This document shows, piece after piece, positions 63,412-64,000 of a stretch of DNA of 64,000 nucleotides. The position numbers and the translations under genes were made by a program. The stretch is from contig CADCMR010000009.1 in the NCBI GenBank assembly GCA_902802585.1, positions 5,921-69,920 of the forward strand. The letters run 5' to 3'. Positions within the stretch are counted from its first letter, which is position 1; the number at the start of each line of letters is the position of its first letter. Origin of the DNA: an uncultured bacterium. GTDB lineage: Bacteria > Verrucomicrobiota > Lentisphaeria > Victivallales > UBA1829. The notes beneath the pieces are model-generated. The model had not been told where the DNA came from. It made no database searches and saw nothing but the letters and a program-made list of their open reading frames with translations.

Positions 63412-64000
63412 ATGAAACGCTTCCTGCTCTGTTCGGCTCTGATGGCTTTCGCCGCACTCTCGTCCGTTGCGGCGGAACCCTCGCAGCCTCTTTCCACGCC
63501 CGTCGGACGTCTGCTCTCGACTCCGCACGAAATGACCATTGCCATCACCGCTGAAAGCGACAACTGGAACGGCACGCTGCTGAACCAGCAGGGCGGCAGC
63601 TGCGGCTTCTCCGTCAGCTTCACCGGCGGCGGTGGCGGCGGAAGAGGCGGCAGGGGCGGCGGTCCCGGCGGATTCGGCGGCGGTCCCGGCATGGGCGGCC
63701 CCGGCGGTCCCGGCGGCTGGGGACAGCAACCTGCGGCTCAGACCGGTCTCCGCGTGAACGGCGTCCAGGGCGCCGCACAGGTCGGCTCGGACAGCTTTCC
63801 GAAGGGCGCACCCGTGAAGATCGTCATCGTGGCAAGTCAGAAAGAACACCGTTTCGAAGTGTACGCCAACGGTCAGCGCGTCGCGCAGTCCCGCGCGAAC
63901 AATGTGATCGGCGAACCCACCTGGCGCGCCATGACCATCGGTTCGGACGCCAACGGCAACAGCCGGTTCAACGGCCGTATTGACTATGTGGCGCTGTGGG
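63412..64000 (+). CDS. Secreted LamG/concanavalin-like (Laminin_G_3-type) protein with Gly-rich loop insertion; 3' end beyond window
   Basis: Open-ended, so absent from the ORF track. Manual translation gives MKRFLLCSALMAFAALSSVAAEP...WNGTLLNQQGGSCGFSVSF-[GGGGGGRGGRGGGPGGFGGGPGMGGPGGPGGWGQQ]-...LRVNG...FEVYANGQRV...FNGRIDYVALW. Confidence 0.7.
   Translation, partial: MKRFLLCSALMAFAALSSVAAEPSQPLSTPVGRLLSTPHEMTIAITAESDNWNGTLLNQQGGSCGFSVSFTGGGGGGRGGRGGGPGGFGGGPGMGGPGGPGGWGQQPAAQTGLRVNGVQGAAQVGSDSFPKGAPVKIVIVASQKEHRFEVYANGQRVAQSRANNVIGEPTWRAMTIGSDANGNSRFNGRIDYVALW

Noticed and set aside
1-64000. Whole-window scan for tRNA, rRNA, tmRNA, integrases, transposases, phage, restriction-modification, toxin-antitoxin or other defence genes.
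   Set aside because: None was recognised. Every sizeable intergenic region is explained by promoters, terminators or leaders. GC content and codon usage look uniform except for the 14.47-14.80 kb segment.

Overview
GC-rich (about 60% by eye) bacterial chromosome segment, densely coded on both strands and mostly housekeeping. All calls rest on manual motif and synteny reading; no searches were run.

Main landmarks:
- A truncated S10/spc ribosomal-protein operon, rplV to rplO plus secY (6.7-13.8 kb).
- Bacteroidota/PVC-style topoisomerase IV parE-parC.
- carB, alr, a sigma-70 factor, dnaX, a 6-phosphofructokinase, lon and murD.
- Fused Bat (aerotolerance-type) proteins.
- Carbohydrate genes: a ROK / NDP-sugar pyrophosphorylase / NahK-like kinase operon, a secreted GH43+GH10 xylanolytic pair, and xylulokinase.
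- Two open-ended CDSs missing from the ORF track: a serpin at the left edge and a LamG-like protein at the right edge.

I found no rRNA or tRNA genes, CRISPR arrays, transposases, integrases, phage genes, or recognisable defence or toxin-antitoxin modules. I therefore cannot name a clear-cut novel system.

The most unusual observations:
1. LonA carries a roughly 290-aa C-terminal appendage. It heads a tightly translationally coupled operon: lon, LolA-like, TadE-like, heptose-1-P adenylyltransferase-like, hpt.
2. Secreted proteins carry Gly/Gln/Phe-rich FGG/RGG low-complexity modules (a GH43 tail and a LamG loop insertion).
3. K/P/E-rich tails or tandem-repeat inserts occur in ParC, DnaX, Lon and BatB/C.
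4. The ribosomal operon starts at rplV behind its own promoter and a long leader.
5. A low-GC (about 40%) mosaic segment sits inside a lipoprotein gene.
6. A ThuA-like / DUF362 Fe-S pair and a MarR / KNTase-like pair are of unknown function.
7. A-tract/T-tract palindromes recur just upstream of strong TTGAAA-17-TATATT type promoters.

The many long antisense ORFs in the track are GC-driven shadow ORFs and were rejected. Promoter and terminator coordinates are motif-based predictions.
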